Positions 39,901-53,682 of a stretch of 64,000 bases of DNA are shown here, in pieces. The notes below the pieces were generated by a model, which saw only the letters and a program-made list of their open reading frames with translations, made no database searches and was not told the DNA's origin. Within the stretch, counting starts at the first letter, position 1, and every line of letters starts with the position of its first letter. Location of the stretch: positions 95,666,001-95,730,000 of the forward strand of contig NC_086106.1 of the NCBI RefSeq assembly GCF_963921235.1, in the 5' to 3' direction. The DNA is from Mobula hypostoma (taxonomy: Eukaryota). The translations under genes were made by a program, and so were the position numbers.

Positions 39901-42900
39901 AAGGTGAGGAAAGCGAATTTTCTTCTCTTAAGTACATTGACTAACCAGATTGTTATTAACAACAATAACGCTTGACTGGTTTTGTGGTTAACAAAATGAT
40001 ACTTCTTTAAAATTTCAGATTTTCTGAAATTCTCCCATTGTGGGGCTCAAACATTTGTGAATCACTAATCCAGTTATGTGCCAACCAAATCTTAAAAACA
40101 ATATAAACAGAAAGGAGATGGCAGTTATTTGAATTGTAATATATTCAGGAAATTACAAAGAAAATGGGATTGAATTCTCGTAGAAAAGGTCTGTGGTGTT
40201 GTAAGCATTTTCTACTAGTTCCCTCCCATTCCCTCTGTAACATGGTTTGTAGTTTTAAATTTACACAAAGAATAAGAAAAAAAATAATGATTTTACTTGC
40301 ATTTAAAATGAATGACCTACATAAAAGTGCAGCTTACGTACTTCCCTGTAAACTTTACTCTGTAGACATGCTCTCTTGTATAAAAATTTTATGTTGCATC
40401 TTTAAACAGCAAAGATGAGTATTTTGCACTTCAGATAGAAACTTTATTTTGCCCTTTTATCTTTGCAATGTGCACTTCTGATCAAGAGATCATTTTCCCT
40501 TTGTTCTGATGTTTTAAAACAAATGGTTACACTGAGGTATATAAAATGAAAATTACATTACATAGATGCAATATACATTAATACTAGAATCCCTGAGTGA
40601 TAATTATGAAATAAAAAGTGCTTTAATTCTGTTAAAAGTATTTTTCATTCAGATTAGCCACCAATTGTTAAAAGTCCTTTGATCTTAATGGAAATGATTG
40701 TGATACATAATTTTTGGGGAAATCAAGGTTATTTTAGTGAAATGAACCTACTGTTGTTACACCAGAATATATTTTTTAAAAGTCACTCATGAACGGTTGG
40801 ATTTCTTTGGGGCTTCTATTCATCATTTTCTTCCATTTCTTTTTTTTGTTTCACCTCCCACATTCGATGTATTGCTTATTTTTCTTCTGCTAAAATAAGA
40901 CCCTTATTTATCCATTCAAGAATGAATCAAATATTTGAATTGTCTTTTATTTTCAAAGAGGAGTGCTCAGAACTGGTTTTGATGAAGGATAGCTAAAGCA
41001 GCTCAATCACTTGAATTGATATGAAATCAAATTTGAGCTTTTACTTAAGAAGATATGACAAGTTGATATGGGGACAACATTTTTGGTTATTGTGCTTGAA
41101 CTGTTTGTATTTTAAGTGGAGAGTATGGAATTTGGTTGTTGAATTCTATTTTTTTGCTAATAGTCTTCAACCAATTGAGTTTCTTCGCATTGTATTATGG
41201 AAACAAATTATTTCCTTGTTCAATTTTTCCCCCCACTTTCCTCTTTGTTTCTCTTATGCAGTCACCCCAACATGGACTCATACTTTCAGAGATCATATGT
41301 TTGGAATCCTTGAATTCCTTCACTCTCAGTTTTGCAAAATCAGATTTGTAGCCTAATGGCATTCTAATCAATAAGAATAAGTAAATTAGTCACTAATAAA
41401 CAATTTGTCTAAATCTGTCAAAATATTCCATGTTCAACACCCTGTCAATCCTGAGCAGTTCCAATAATTTCCAGATTGTATTTGTTGCATATCATCTTGC
41501 TGATGTACCAAAGTTCAATCTAATCTCAATAGCTTTTGAAACATCCATTCCCAGTCTTCATGGCTTATCACCGTCATACTGATAATGATTGTTTGTCTGT
41601 GGCTGAGTTTCAGTCCCGATAAGTGCTGCCTGCAGTGCTAAACCTCCTCTTGGTCCATCTGTCATCATTAATGAGAAGTAGCTGCAAGTATTATACTAGT
41701 GCTTGAGCAACGGCTGCTATTCTGCTACTGCAGCAGAATTGGGCCATATGATTTTTTTGGTGTTGTAAGTAGTAGAAAGTAATTCATTTTTAGAGCAATA
41801 TTAAACATATGCTTTAGTATTTGAGTTTCTGACTTTTGGAGTAGATGTTAAAGCAAAGTGTCTCAGTTGGGTATCAAAGATCCCTTAATGTGTTGATCAA
41901 TATTTACAGTATCCTTTATGCTTTCTCTATTGTCCCTGCCAGACACTGAATTGTGGTAAAAATCCAATTAATTACAATTGCAGCCGCATAATGTGCTAAT
42001 CTGTTTTACTGTATCCTGCCTTTAAAAATAAAATTAAAGGATTAGGTAATGATTAGCACCAGACATTTGTGATATTCTCCCTTTTGATTAAGGTGTTAAA
42101 TTAATTGATGTCTATTTGTAAAAGATCGATGATAGAACCGAAACAATTTTTCTGAATATTTTGGCCCATATTTGTCATTACATAAAAACAGATTTGATTT
42201 ATCTTGCTCATCATGGCACATTACTGGTCCAATTCAGCTACTTCCTTATTTGCCATTCTCGCAATAACTATGAAAATAATGAGCTGACAAACGTTCTGGG
42301 CAATCCTGGTGCACAAGAGGCATTCTAAACCTTTGGTTCTGATTATTTCATGCTCCTGGGAAGCCGGGATAAAATGGAGATTGGTATTATGTGACAGAAA
42401 TAAAGTTGAACTAGTTAAAATACCATGTAATTAAAAAAATCATTCATACCATGTTACTGTGGTATATCACATAACACCTGTAGAGCAGCATAATTTTGAG
42501 CTGCATTTAATTATTTTTTGTACTTTTAATTATGTTTATTTAAAGCATTTTTTGGGTGCTGATTTCTTGTATGTGCATTCAACTCGACCATATTTTTTAG
42601 AAAATGTGAAGTATGTAGGGCATATGGAATTTAAAATTCAAATAAACGAATTTTGGGAGTCTCACGATAACTTGACTGATTTTTTTTTGTTCAGCTGATG
42701 TAACTAATGTTGGATGGCTTGGGTGGAAACTGTTAAGAGTTCATAGTTTAAGGTAGGAATGAATATGTGTCCGGTTTCAGGATTTGCTATTAATACCACT
42801 TTAATTGATTGGCCTGTGCTGAATAATCAGAGGATGAAATCACAGGGAGCAAGGAACACTGCTATGCCATGCTGTAAATTTTATTTGCTTATAAGTTGAA

Positions 42901-43835
42901 GATTACCCTGCAAGTTAAGGCAAAGGAGGCATAGTCTGTTTTACACAAAAGTTGAAGATTTACAATTACAGTGTAAAGGAAGCAGAAGGTGATAACGAGT
43001 CATCTGATTTCTGTTATAGTTATTTAGCGTTATTTAACTGTGAGAGTGAATGAATGCATCTTAGTTTAGTGAAAGAATAATACATTGCACATTACTGTCC
43101 TTGAAAATTTCATGATAGTGTATTATCTGTAACCATGTAATTGCAGACTTGTTGATACAGGAAGAATACCATACTATAATTCTTGTTTCCATTATATTTA
43201 TTATGTTGCAATATGTATTGATTGAGGTTTTTTTTAAAGTAGGGAGATAGTAATTTTAAATTCTTTCAAAAGTAGTCATATTTCATGAGTGGGGTTGTCT
43301 GCACTTGCAGCCTTTTCACCAAATTTAACTATTCTGGATTTGCGTAGCCTATCACACTGCCACAGATCATCCCTGAGCCAAATGGTAAGGTGCTTAGTTG
43401 CAGTAGGCTGTGTAGGTTCTGATGGTGAAGATGGATGAATATAAAACTCAAGCCTGACTGTAAAACTCAAATGAAAATATTCAACTGACCATAAAGCCCT
43501 GTCCCACTTTTGCTATTTATCAAACATGTACATCGAAAATATGACATTCCTTATTCTTCCCTTTCATCTCCACAGCCCTATGATCCCTGTTCAGATGAAT
43601 GGAGACGAGTTCTAACTAAGAATGCATTTGCCATTGTAAGTACTGGAGAATCTTTGGAAGTTCTTGCTTCTCCAATGGACTTAATGAGTAGTCCATTGAC
43701 AGACTACAGCCAGGACATTGATAGCAGAGCTTGACCAGAAAGTCTGAGACCTGTTCTAACGTGTGTGTGACCTATAATATACCAGCACATATGCCAAACT
43801 ATTAGCATAATCTGTACCAATAACACTACAATGTA

Positions 43836-45211
43836 TAGTACCTTAAATTATTTGGCCCCCACAACTATTTTCACATTTTACTGTCTTATTTCCTAAATTT
43901 AAAATATATTTAAGTGTGATTTTGTAGATTACCTCTAAAAACTTACCACATCATGTCAATTCCAAAGAAGAATTCCAAAGCCTGCCAACAATGTACTAAA
44001 AATTCAAAACCAAAAACTTTCCTTGGGTATACTGTCTATTACCTTATCAACTCACTCAAATTGATGTAGAAAATTGATGATAAAGAAGCAAAAACCTAGG
44101 GACGGGTAGAAGACCATTTCAAAGGCACTGAAAATACCTCAAAGCACAGTGCAGTTCATCATGGAAAAAGTGGGGAAAAATGCGAAGCTACAGCCACACT
44201 GCTTTAGGCCATGGAAGAATGGCAGTTGTAAGAGAGGCTACTGTCACACCAATATTTACTGAGTGTCCTGCAGAAGTTGGTGGCTGCAACTGAAGATGAG
44301 CTTCAGGCTACCCAATAAGGCCTTGTACAAAAAGGGCATTCATGGAAGAGTGGCAAGGAAGAAGCCCTGGCTTGAAAGTATATCTTTGCTTGTAAAGGCT
44401 TTTCAAAGCATCTCTCATAAAATGGCGTAAGGAAGGAGCTCTTGTGGTTGGATGACACTTTTGGCCACCAAAAGTGGACATTTTTGGCCTCAACACTATG
44501 TGGTGTCTGGCATAAATCTAATACTGGGTATCAGTCAAGTAACACCATTCCTACTGTAAAGTATGGTGGAGGTAGTATCAGTGTATAGGGATGCTTTTCA
44601 GCAGCAGGGACTGGAAATCTGGTCAGGATTGATGGGAAGATAAATACAGAGACCTTGGATTAAAAAAAAAACTACCTCTACCAGAAAGCAAATTCATCTT
44701 AAAGCAGGACAACAACCCAAAACCCAGAGCAACCATAGAGTGACTCCAAATGAAGAAAATTGATGTCCTTGAGTACCCCAGAGTTCTGACCTTAACCCTA
44801 TCAAACATTTCTGGCAAGACCTCAAGATTTCTGTTCATTGCCACCCTCCCCCCCCCCCCCAACTAACCTGGCACACCTTGAACAAATTTTGCAAGGAGGA
44901 ATGGGCAAATCCTGTTCCATCACATTGTGCAAAACTAATACTTACCCAAAAAGACTTGCTGGCTGTAACAGTTGTGAGAGGTGATTCAACCAAGTACTGA
45001 GCAAAAGGTGATGAATACTTCTGAACTGCCATTTTGGTTTTTGAATTTTTAGTTTTTCATGCTTTACAATGTTCCCTGCTTGTTGGCTGTACTGTTTTTT
45101 AAAAAAAGCATGTGATTCACAATTTAAAAATTTTCAGTTAAATTGATCAGAATCCTTAGTTGTAATACTTATCAATGAGAGCTGGGGGCTGAATACTTTT
45201 GCAAGGCACTG
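43836..45211 (+). mobile_element. Tc1-family transposon, degenerate
   Basis: 3' TIR gggggctgaatacttttgcaaggcactg followed by TA, decayed 5' TIR; IPTVKYGGGSI...CFSAAGTG, QDNNPK, SSDLNPIKHFW. Confidence 0.85.
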
Positions 45212-47160
45212 TATGTGACAGCTTCCACCAACAGCAAGTATGGTACTAGGTTACAAACGTGGAATGTGAATTTCCATAAATTGTTTTGTAGAGCTGTGCA
45301 ATCACTTTGTTTAATTTTTCAATTTAAGGACGTGAACATTTGTGAAATTGAATTAGAAACATCATTATAGGGGAAAGGTTTATACTCTCAAACATTGACT
45401 CTGAATTGTAGATGAAAAAATGATTACACTTACAGTAGAAATGGTGCATTTAAGGAAAATGCAACAATTCCTTTGAAATTCCTGTGACCATACCAAAAAG
45501 GAAGTATTATTAGCAGTATACTTAATTCTAATTCAAGGTAGTTATGTTGGTAAGTATGTGCTTTTGCTTTAGAACAAATATTGTAGTTCTGCCTGATGTA
45601 GTTGAAACTATGCACGTGATGGCAACAGATTGGCTATGAATAGAATTCAATTATAGTCCGTCAAGACCATGTGCATAACTGGGTATCAAATTGTTCAATG
45701 TTGGCAGATTTGGAAATTCAAGTTGTTTCTTGTGTCATTGCTGATAATAAAATAACTGTGCCCAGAATACTCTTACAATTCAACCACACTTTATTTTACT
45801 TGTGCACAAGGAGACTTGCATGACCCCTATCTCTGCACTTCTGAACCCTGAAAAGAGAAATGTGATTTTTATACAGAATTGGCTAGCAGTAACAGATATT
45901 GACTATTATGTAATCTCTACATAATGCAGGTGTTAAAAGTCAATGGAAACTGCAAGTTGGCAACTGATGATGCTTCAAAGTTTATAAGCAATTGTCTTTT
46001 AGTTGGTGTGTATATCCTGGATCGCTTATGTTTTCTCAAAGACCCCTGGTGTGCAAAGGGAATCTCGGCTCTTCATAGACCTTTGTTACCTGGGCTGTCT
46101 GCAGTCTATCCTTGCCAGGATATTGATAACCCTGGAACTACATTGGGCAACTATAATGAGCTGAGCGGATTTTGGAGTCTGGCCCAGTAGTATTATGGTG
46201 GAAAGAGGATAATCACTGAGCATCTGTGTTTGTCAATTTCAACACAAATGTTACTATCTACTCGATGTGCCGAACACCAATTTATATTTTCAGTACTGAA
46301 TATGCCAGTTTTAATGGAAGAGAAGCTTGCCTGAATGTCATTGATTGGTTGTATCAGTAAAACTTGATACTTTCTGGTTTAAGATTGACCACCGGCCTCA
46401 CCAGTCTTATCACTGCTAATCTGTCATCTGGAGTAGCAGCAGGTATTCTAAGTGATTGCAGGCAGTTTTGAGAGTTGATAGATATTTGGAACTAGTCCAG
46501 ATTTTTTTTTTGTTTTGGTGGTTTGAGGGTAAACAGAATTGAGATGTCTCTTGGGAGTACGTGGTCCTTGATTCCTGCAAGTTTTTCTTATTTACTTCTA
46601 GTTGGGTACTGCAGCTACATGACGTGGGCACATTATTTTCACTGAACCATCTTTATTTTACCTGAGTTTAAAAACTTCAAGCTAGTTCAGTGGTTCTTCT
46701 GATCACACCTTGAAACTTTTACTTCTGTGAAATTCGATTCTTTTGGCTAGTGGCTCAGCTGTTCTTAATTGTTGATTGTTTTGGTGATCCTAAATCATAA
46801 TGTTGGCACTATCTGCAAAGTTCCATATATTGTATTAATCTCAACTATACCACATTGATATTTTCTGCATTTTCAACCCATGTTGGGTATCAAAGGTTAT
46901 TCTGAATCCCCTGGATTTATTAATCCCCTTGTATGTCTATGATCACTAACATTAGCAGCCCCCAAATTAAGTGGATGCACTTTGCCTATGCTATTTCAGT
47001 TTGCTAATCTCTGATTTTTACTGAGAAGAGATGGGCAGTTGACTTCTTCTATAAGGGGTATGCATCTCAAATAAGATGTGATCTTTTTGATATTTACCTG
47101 TTTTGCAAGCTTTGCTAAGGAATCACTGAAACAAGGTGAGAGCAGCTCTGGGAGGATCTT

Positions 47161-48250
47161 GCATGCAAAAGTTTGGGCACCCCAGTCAAAATTTCTGTTA
47201 CTGTGAATAGCTAAGCGAGTAAAAGATGAACTGATTTCCAAAAGGCATAAAGGTAAAGATGACACATTTCTTTAATATTTTAAGCAAGAAATTTTTTTTT
47301 ATTTCCATCTTTTACTGTTTCAAAATAACAAAAAAAGGGAAAGGGCCTGAAGCAAAAGTTTGGGCACCCTGCATGGCAGTATTTAGTAACTCCCCCTTTG
47401 GCAAGTAAATGCTTTTTGTAGCCAGCGAAGACTCTTTCAATTCTTGTTTGGGGCTGTCTTGCATGCACTGCTCCTTTGAGGTCTATCCACAGATTCTTGA
47501 TGATGTTTAGGTCAGAGGACTATGAGGGCCATGGTGAAACCTTCAGCTTGTGCCTCTTGAGGTAGTCCATTGTGGATTTTGAGGTGTGTTTAAGTTCATT
47601 ATCCTGTTGTAGAAGGCATCCTCTTTTCATCTTCGGCTTTTTTACAGATGGTGTGATGTTTGCTTCCAGAATTTGCTGGTATTTAATTGAATTCATTCTT
47701 CCCTCTACCACAAGATCACAAGACAAAGGAGCAGAAGTAGGCCATTCGGCCCATCGAGTCTGCTCCGCAGCTCCCCCATGAGCTAAGCTATTCACCCATC
47801 TAGTTCCAATTTCCAGGCTTTATCCCCATATCCCTTGATACCCTGACTAATTAGATCTTTTACTCACTTAGCTATTCACAGTTGTGTGGGCACGTGGCCA
47901 AGTTAAGGTATTCGACTAGCGATCTGGTGAGATTGAGCCCCAGCTGAGGCAGCGTGTTATGTCTTTGAGCGAGGCACTTAATCACACAGTGCTCTGTAAC
48001 AACGCTGGTGCCAAGCTGTATGGGTCCTAATACCTTTCCCTTGGACAACATCGGTGTTGTGGAGAGGGGAGACTTGCAGCATGGGCAACTGCTGGTCTTC
48101 CATACAACCTTGCCCAGGCCTGCGCCCTGGAGAGTGAAGACTTTCCAGGTGCAGATCCGTGGTCTGACAAGACTAATGGATGCCTTTAACTTTAACTATT
48201 CACAGTAACAGAAATTTTGACTGGGGTGCCCAAACTTCTGCATGCCACTG
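47161..48250 (-). mobile_element. Deleted Tc1 (IR/DR type) carrying a nested CR1 tail and a SINE
   Basis: Inverted gcatgcaaaagtttgggcaccccagtcaaaatttctgttactgtgaatag; inner repeat at about 47353; peptide VEGRMNSIKYQQILEAN...LQQDNELKHTSKST...WPS. Confidence 0.85.
47883..48195 (+). mobile_element. tRNA-derived CORE-like SINE inserted into the Tc1 TIR
   Basis: 11-bp TSD ctattcacagt (47872-47882 and 48196-48206); (tttaac)n tail. Confidence 0.85.
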
Positions 48251-49269
48251 CATGCAATCCTTTTAGTGTTGTTAAGGACCTAGGGAGACCTTACCCCCTC
48301 AATTGGATCAATTTTGTTGGTTGTGGAGTCCTTCAAGGTTCACAGCCTGACTGGAAGCCAAGTCTATCACTGGCAAAAGCTACATACCACATTAAAACAA
48401 CAGGTGAGCATTATCTGGCTTAAATTACCTATCAAAACCTTGTGAAGCCTGTTTACACAACTCATTCCAGTAAATCATTCAAAACCTGACATCCTTCGCA
48501 CCTAATCTGTACACTCTAAACGTTTATTAGATAGCTATGTTCACCACCCTCTATTCGAGTATAGCTTCAATTTTCTTCCTTGTACCTTATTAACACCATC
48601 TTTTCACTGACTTTCCATTTATTACCACACGGCAGCAGGAGTTTCATCTTATTTCTGATGACAGCTATTAGAATGAACAAGCACTTCTGTTTGTGCCTAT
48701 GGCATTCCTGCCACTTCTGTGGGACAGTCTTAGTTATCAGTTAGCGGTGTTAATCAACTCTTAGAATTAGCTGTACAATGATAAGAGTGCAAATTTGAAA
48801 TTGCTAAGAGATTAAATGACGCTCGCAACAACCTCAAGCAACTACATTAATGCTTTTTTCTTCTGGCAGTCTACCTCTGATCTTACTATATTAGGAAGCT
48901 GGTTGGCTGCCAGGGCAACTCTTAAGATGCATTGGTTGCTAAACTACTAAATTGTCAATCAAGTGGTTAATAAAAATCTTTGCTTTAAACTAAATCTCTG
49001 CTTGCTAATGCTATTTAGTGAACCTTTGTGACATCACTAGAGATTGATTGCTTTTCTTCCTATTCTGTTGAGATTATCTTAGTTGACATGTGAGTTTTGA
49101 ATCTTATAAACTGCTGCATCTTTATCTACTATTGGGTTTGGATCGTATTTGTGCTTAGAGAAAATAGACCAGTGGATGAGAAGTGATTGATATACGTAGA
49201 TACCTGACCCACCCCTAATTTCTCCTTGCCACTGTTTCAGTCTTGGCTCACCACTTTCCTGCTACATTT

Positions 49270-49750
49270 GGACTGGTGTTTTTTTCCTGCATTTTTGTAA
49301 TCAATGGGAATAACCTGTGACCCAATCTCTCTTAGTGGCACTAACCAGAATCAGTCAGTCATGCCCTGCAAGAATATCCATCCTTGGATAAGGAGACCAA
49401 AACTGTACACAGCATTTAACTTGTGATTTCATCAAGAATTTGCATAACTTTATCAAGGCAGTCCTGGTCCAGTACTTGAATCCACTTGCTATGAAGGCCA
49501 AACTGTTACTTGTGCATGCTTGCTTTCATTGATTGGTGCACAAGGATGCACAGGTCTCATTATACCTCACCCTTTCTAATATAATGAATAACCAACCTTC
49601 TTTCCTTCCTTGTTATAGCCTCAACCTGTTCTTAGAAGTGAAATAGTTGGGTTCTATTAGTTGTCTTCTCATCTAGTGGAGCCACTTAAGCAATAAGAAA
49701 TTAATCAATGCCTCTGCTACTTTCAGAGCAACTTCCTAAAGTGCTGTAAC
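49270..49750 (-). mobile_element. Old CR1-like fragment
   Basis: accaaaactgtacacagca...gaaggccaaa...acaaggatgcacaggtc resembles the other minus-strand CR1 copies. Confidence 0.5.
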
Positions 49751-51159
49751 AGCATGCTAACTTGTGTTTGAGTTGGTTTCCCCTAGTCTCACCAAGTGTG
49801 CATTGTGTGGTTTATAAGTAAGTCACACTTTTAGAAGTATCCTGTTCATTGATGATTCATGAGATATAGTGTAGCTAATTCTCATAGCAGTGCTCCTAAC
49901 ACCGTCTTCATGTGCAATTGATTGCTTGTGATGTGTGAGTGACCTGCGCCAACCAAATTTGTTAGCAATTTCATTGTACTTTTCTGCACTGGTGTGTAGT
50001 CCACGTAAGGCTCGTGACTTGTTCATCCTCAGAATGAGTAACTTCTGAGGATTCTTCAGTATTCATTTGCTGCATCTTTGGTGTATAAAGGCATAAACTA
50101 GGACTATCATGGTAAGATTAATTGCGATTATCTTTATTACACTGTACTATTGATTTTTGATGACTGCAACTACATAATGACTAGCCTGAAATGTGTGTAG
50201 ATGGCACTGATTTTCAGGTTACTTTTAATGTCTAGCTACGCAAGTGTAAGTAGCAATTGTTCAGTGGCAGCTTCTGCTCTCTGGTCCATGCTCTCGTTTC
50301 TGTCGGAGGGCAGAATAATCAGATAGTATATAAGTGTGTGTGAGAGAAAGGCATTACATAATGATTTTTGGTGGCTGGACAGAACTGAATATGCAAAAGT
50401 GTGCATTTTTAGAGGGGATGGTTGTATCTTCAAGAAGAGTTGTGAGTATTGATGTGCAACATCAGGCTTAAGAAAGCAGAGTGAGCAGATAATTTGAGAC
50501 AAGTGGGTATTACTACAGCCATCATTACTTGTGCTGTACTTGTTGATCTATTGTCAGCACAATCAGGAGCAGGCACTAGCATTTTGCTGTATTGGTCTTT
50601 TTGATAGCTTCTTTCTTTTCCCATCCTTTTACCGGAAGTTTATCATCTTCCCTATTTGTAATACAAAGCACAAAGAACCCAAAGGGTTATCTGCAGTCAG
50701 CTATGCTTTAGAGTCTGGAGCCCCATTTAAACTATGGAATTTCCACCTTTGACTTACTCAGGTGCGTGGTTTCAAAGTTCTGGTCAAAATCACAATAAAA
50801 TGTTAGGTGTCATCAATGTGCCACATGCAACATCTTGAACAAATTTGAGGTGTGGTGGATTAGATGGACAGGGAGTTGAAATTAATATAGGATGTACTAA
50901 ACGAGTACATTGCTTAATGCCTCATAATATAAAGAAAATCAAGTAGGATGTTGGAAGCACTCAGCAGTTAATGTTTTATGTATAGGTCTTGGGAATGCTT
51001 TTTGGAACAGAGAAGGTCAGGAAGGATAGATTGAACCAAGGGAATATCTCTTAGAGTAAAACCTAATGACAGTTTGGATCCCTGCAGGCTGCAGCATGCT
51101 CAGGCATATGATGTTACTGGAGCTTGCATTGAGATTCACTTTATTGGAGTGAAAACATT

Positions 51160-53630
51160 ATGCTGGTTGGGAGGCTAGCTAGTGCTACTCAGAAAAGTTT
51201 AAACTAGTTTGGCAGGGGGATAAGATCCAGTGCACCGTCAGAAAGTAGAGAGATGAAAGAGAAAGGTAACTGTCAGGGCCAGTAAGAAGAGACAAGAGCA
51301 AAGTAATATTTTAATGCTAGGAGTATTATGGGCAAAGGTGATGAACTTAGAGCATTGATCACTACATGGAACTACGATGTGGCCATGATTGAGAGAGGGA
51401 AAGGAATAGGTGCTTAATGTCTCAGGGTTTCAATGTTTTAGAAAAGATGGGGGTAAAAGTGGGTGGGGGGTGTTGCACTACTAATCAGAGACAATATCAA
51501 AGCTGCACTCAGAGGGGACATAATGGAGGGCTGAGTCTATATGGGTAGAATTAAGTGTAAAATCAATCGGGTTGTCAAAGCGGACTTCAACTTCCCTAAT
51601 ATAAACTGAGACCATCTTAGTGCAAGAGGTTTGGATGGGGCAGAATTTGTTAGGTGCACTCGAGGGTTTCTTAAATTAATATGCTGAAAGTCCAACAAGA
51701 GGAGGGACTGTACTGGATCTGGTGTAGGGTAGTAAGCCTGTTTAGATGACTGACCTTTCAGTGAATGAGCAGTTAGGGAACTGTGACATGTTTTGGCTCA
51801 CTGTGACACCCTTCTTGAAGATTACCTTTAGGATTTGAGGTGAGGGTTAACTTGGATTGGAACAACCAGCTTGTGCTGGCAGTCAGTCCTTTGTGGTGGC
51901 AATCTTTTCATGATGTTGCTTGTGGCTCTGGTGGTACTGGTGGTCCCTTGGAGGGTCAGACACCCTGAGCCAATAGGCTGGTCCTGGACTTATTTCCTGG
52001 CATAATTTACATATTGTTATTTAATTATAGTTTTATATTGCTATATCTGTACTCTATTCTTGGTTGGTGCAACTGTAATGAAACTCAATTTCCCTCGGGA
52101 TCAATAAAGTATGACTATGACTATGATTTGGTCGGGGTAAATTGAACACTCCATGGAGGAGATGAAGGTGTAGTTTGATCTGTTTGACGAACCTGTTGTG
52201 CTTTCAGGCGCGTGTGGTTGACAGCCAATCTCAAGCTGACTTTTGTTGTTCCTAACAATGTCTCGAATGTTCTTGGGTAAACCGTTTAAGTAGTCTTGCT
52301 CGGGATGCTCAGTTGGGTTTTTGTAGCTGTGTGGTTTTACTGAATAAAGGTTTATTTTGTATACCGGCTTTGTTCTATCTCCTGGTTTCTGGTCTCATCA
52401 GTAGTTTTGGTGAACAAACACAATACCACAGCTCCTTAAACTGAAAGTTAGCTAGAGATGAGGATTAAGTTGGAGCAGAGCAAATTACAAGAGCATTAGG
52501 CAGGAACTAGTGAATTATTTGAGAACAGCTGTTTTTGGGCAAGTCCTCATCAATGAGGAAGGGGTTTAAAAACCAACTGCTCAGGGTATAGGACAGGTAT
52601 TTTCCATTCAGAAGGAAGGACAAGTCGAGGGAGGTGATTAATTTAGTCAAGAATCAAACAGAACCCTTGATTATGAAGAAGCCAGAAAAGAACTCAAGCA
52701 GGGAATTAGGAAAGCCAGGAGTGACCATGAAGTGTCCTTGACAAGTAGGGTTAAAGAGAGTCCCAAGCAATTCTATCCCAAGCAATCAGGAACAACAGGA
52801 TAACTAGGGAGGGAGTAGGACCACTTAAGGATAAAGGAGGGAACATTTGCCTGGATGCATAGGTTGTGGGTGAGGTCCATAATGAGTACTTTACATCAGT
52901 GTTTATGAAGGAGAAGGACGTGGAGTTTAGGGAGGTGAAAGCTGGGGTATCTTATGCTAGGGTGTTTTAGCAGTGTTGATGAGCAGAGGGATCTTCGGGC
53001 TCCAGGTTTATAGCCTCCTGAAAGTGGCTACACAGTGTTATAAGGTGGTTAAGACAGCAAATGAAATGTTTGCTTTATTAGTCAAGGCATTGAGTTCAAA
53101 AGTCAGGAAGTTATATTGAAGCTTTATAAAACTCTTAGGCTGTATCTGGAGTATAACGTGCAGTTCTGGTCACATATTAGGAAGGATGTTAGGTTTTGGA
53201 GAGGGTGGAGAGGTTTATCAGGATGATGCCTGGGTTAGAGGATGTGCTGTAACAAGAGGTTGGACAAACTTGTGTTGTTTTCTCTGGAGCATTGGAGGCT
53301 GTGAGTATTTCGAATAGAGGTTTATAAGATTAAGAGAGGCATAGAAAGAGTAGACGGCCCGTATCTTCTTCCCAGTGTTGAAATTTCTAAAATAAGAGGG
53401 CATGTATTTAAGGTAGGGTTAAGTTTTTTTTAAACACAGTGGTGGGTGCCTGAAAGGTGTTGCTTGGAGTGGTGGTAGAGGCTTAAGAGACCTTTAGATA
53501 GGCACATGAATGTGAAGGTTGTGTAGGTAGAGGGGGTTAGTTTAGTGGCAATTTGATTACTAATTTATCTGGTTCGGCACGACATTGTGGGCCGAAGAGC
53601 CTGTTCCTGTGCTGTACAGTACTATGTTCT
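51160..53630 (+). mobile_element. Degenerate CR1 LINE with a nested insertion
   Basis: FNARSIMGKGDELRALITTWNYDV, DFNFPNI, GPLKDKGG and a CR1 3' tail. Confidence 0.8.
51789..52420 (+). mobile_element. Possible solo LTR, itself containing a short LINE tail (about 51950-52107)
   Basis: Interrupts the CR1; TG...CA ends with imperfect IR tgttttggctcac / gtgaacaaaca; internal AATAAA; (atgact)n tail inside. Confidence 0.4.
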
Positions 53631-53682
53631 ATTTTTGCATTGCAGGAAGCCCCAGAGAAATAGCTGTATGACAAAGGAGAAA

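Noticed and set aside
34743-43734. Many 60-112 aa ORFs in the downstream island
   Set aside because: F/L/I-rich translations of T-rich DNA with no domain motifs; consistent with chance
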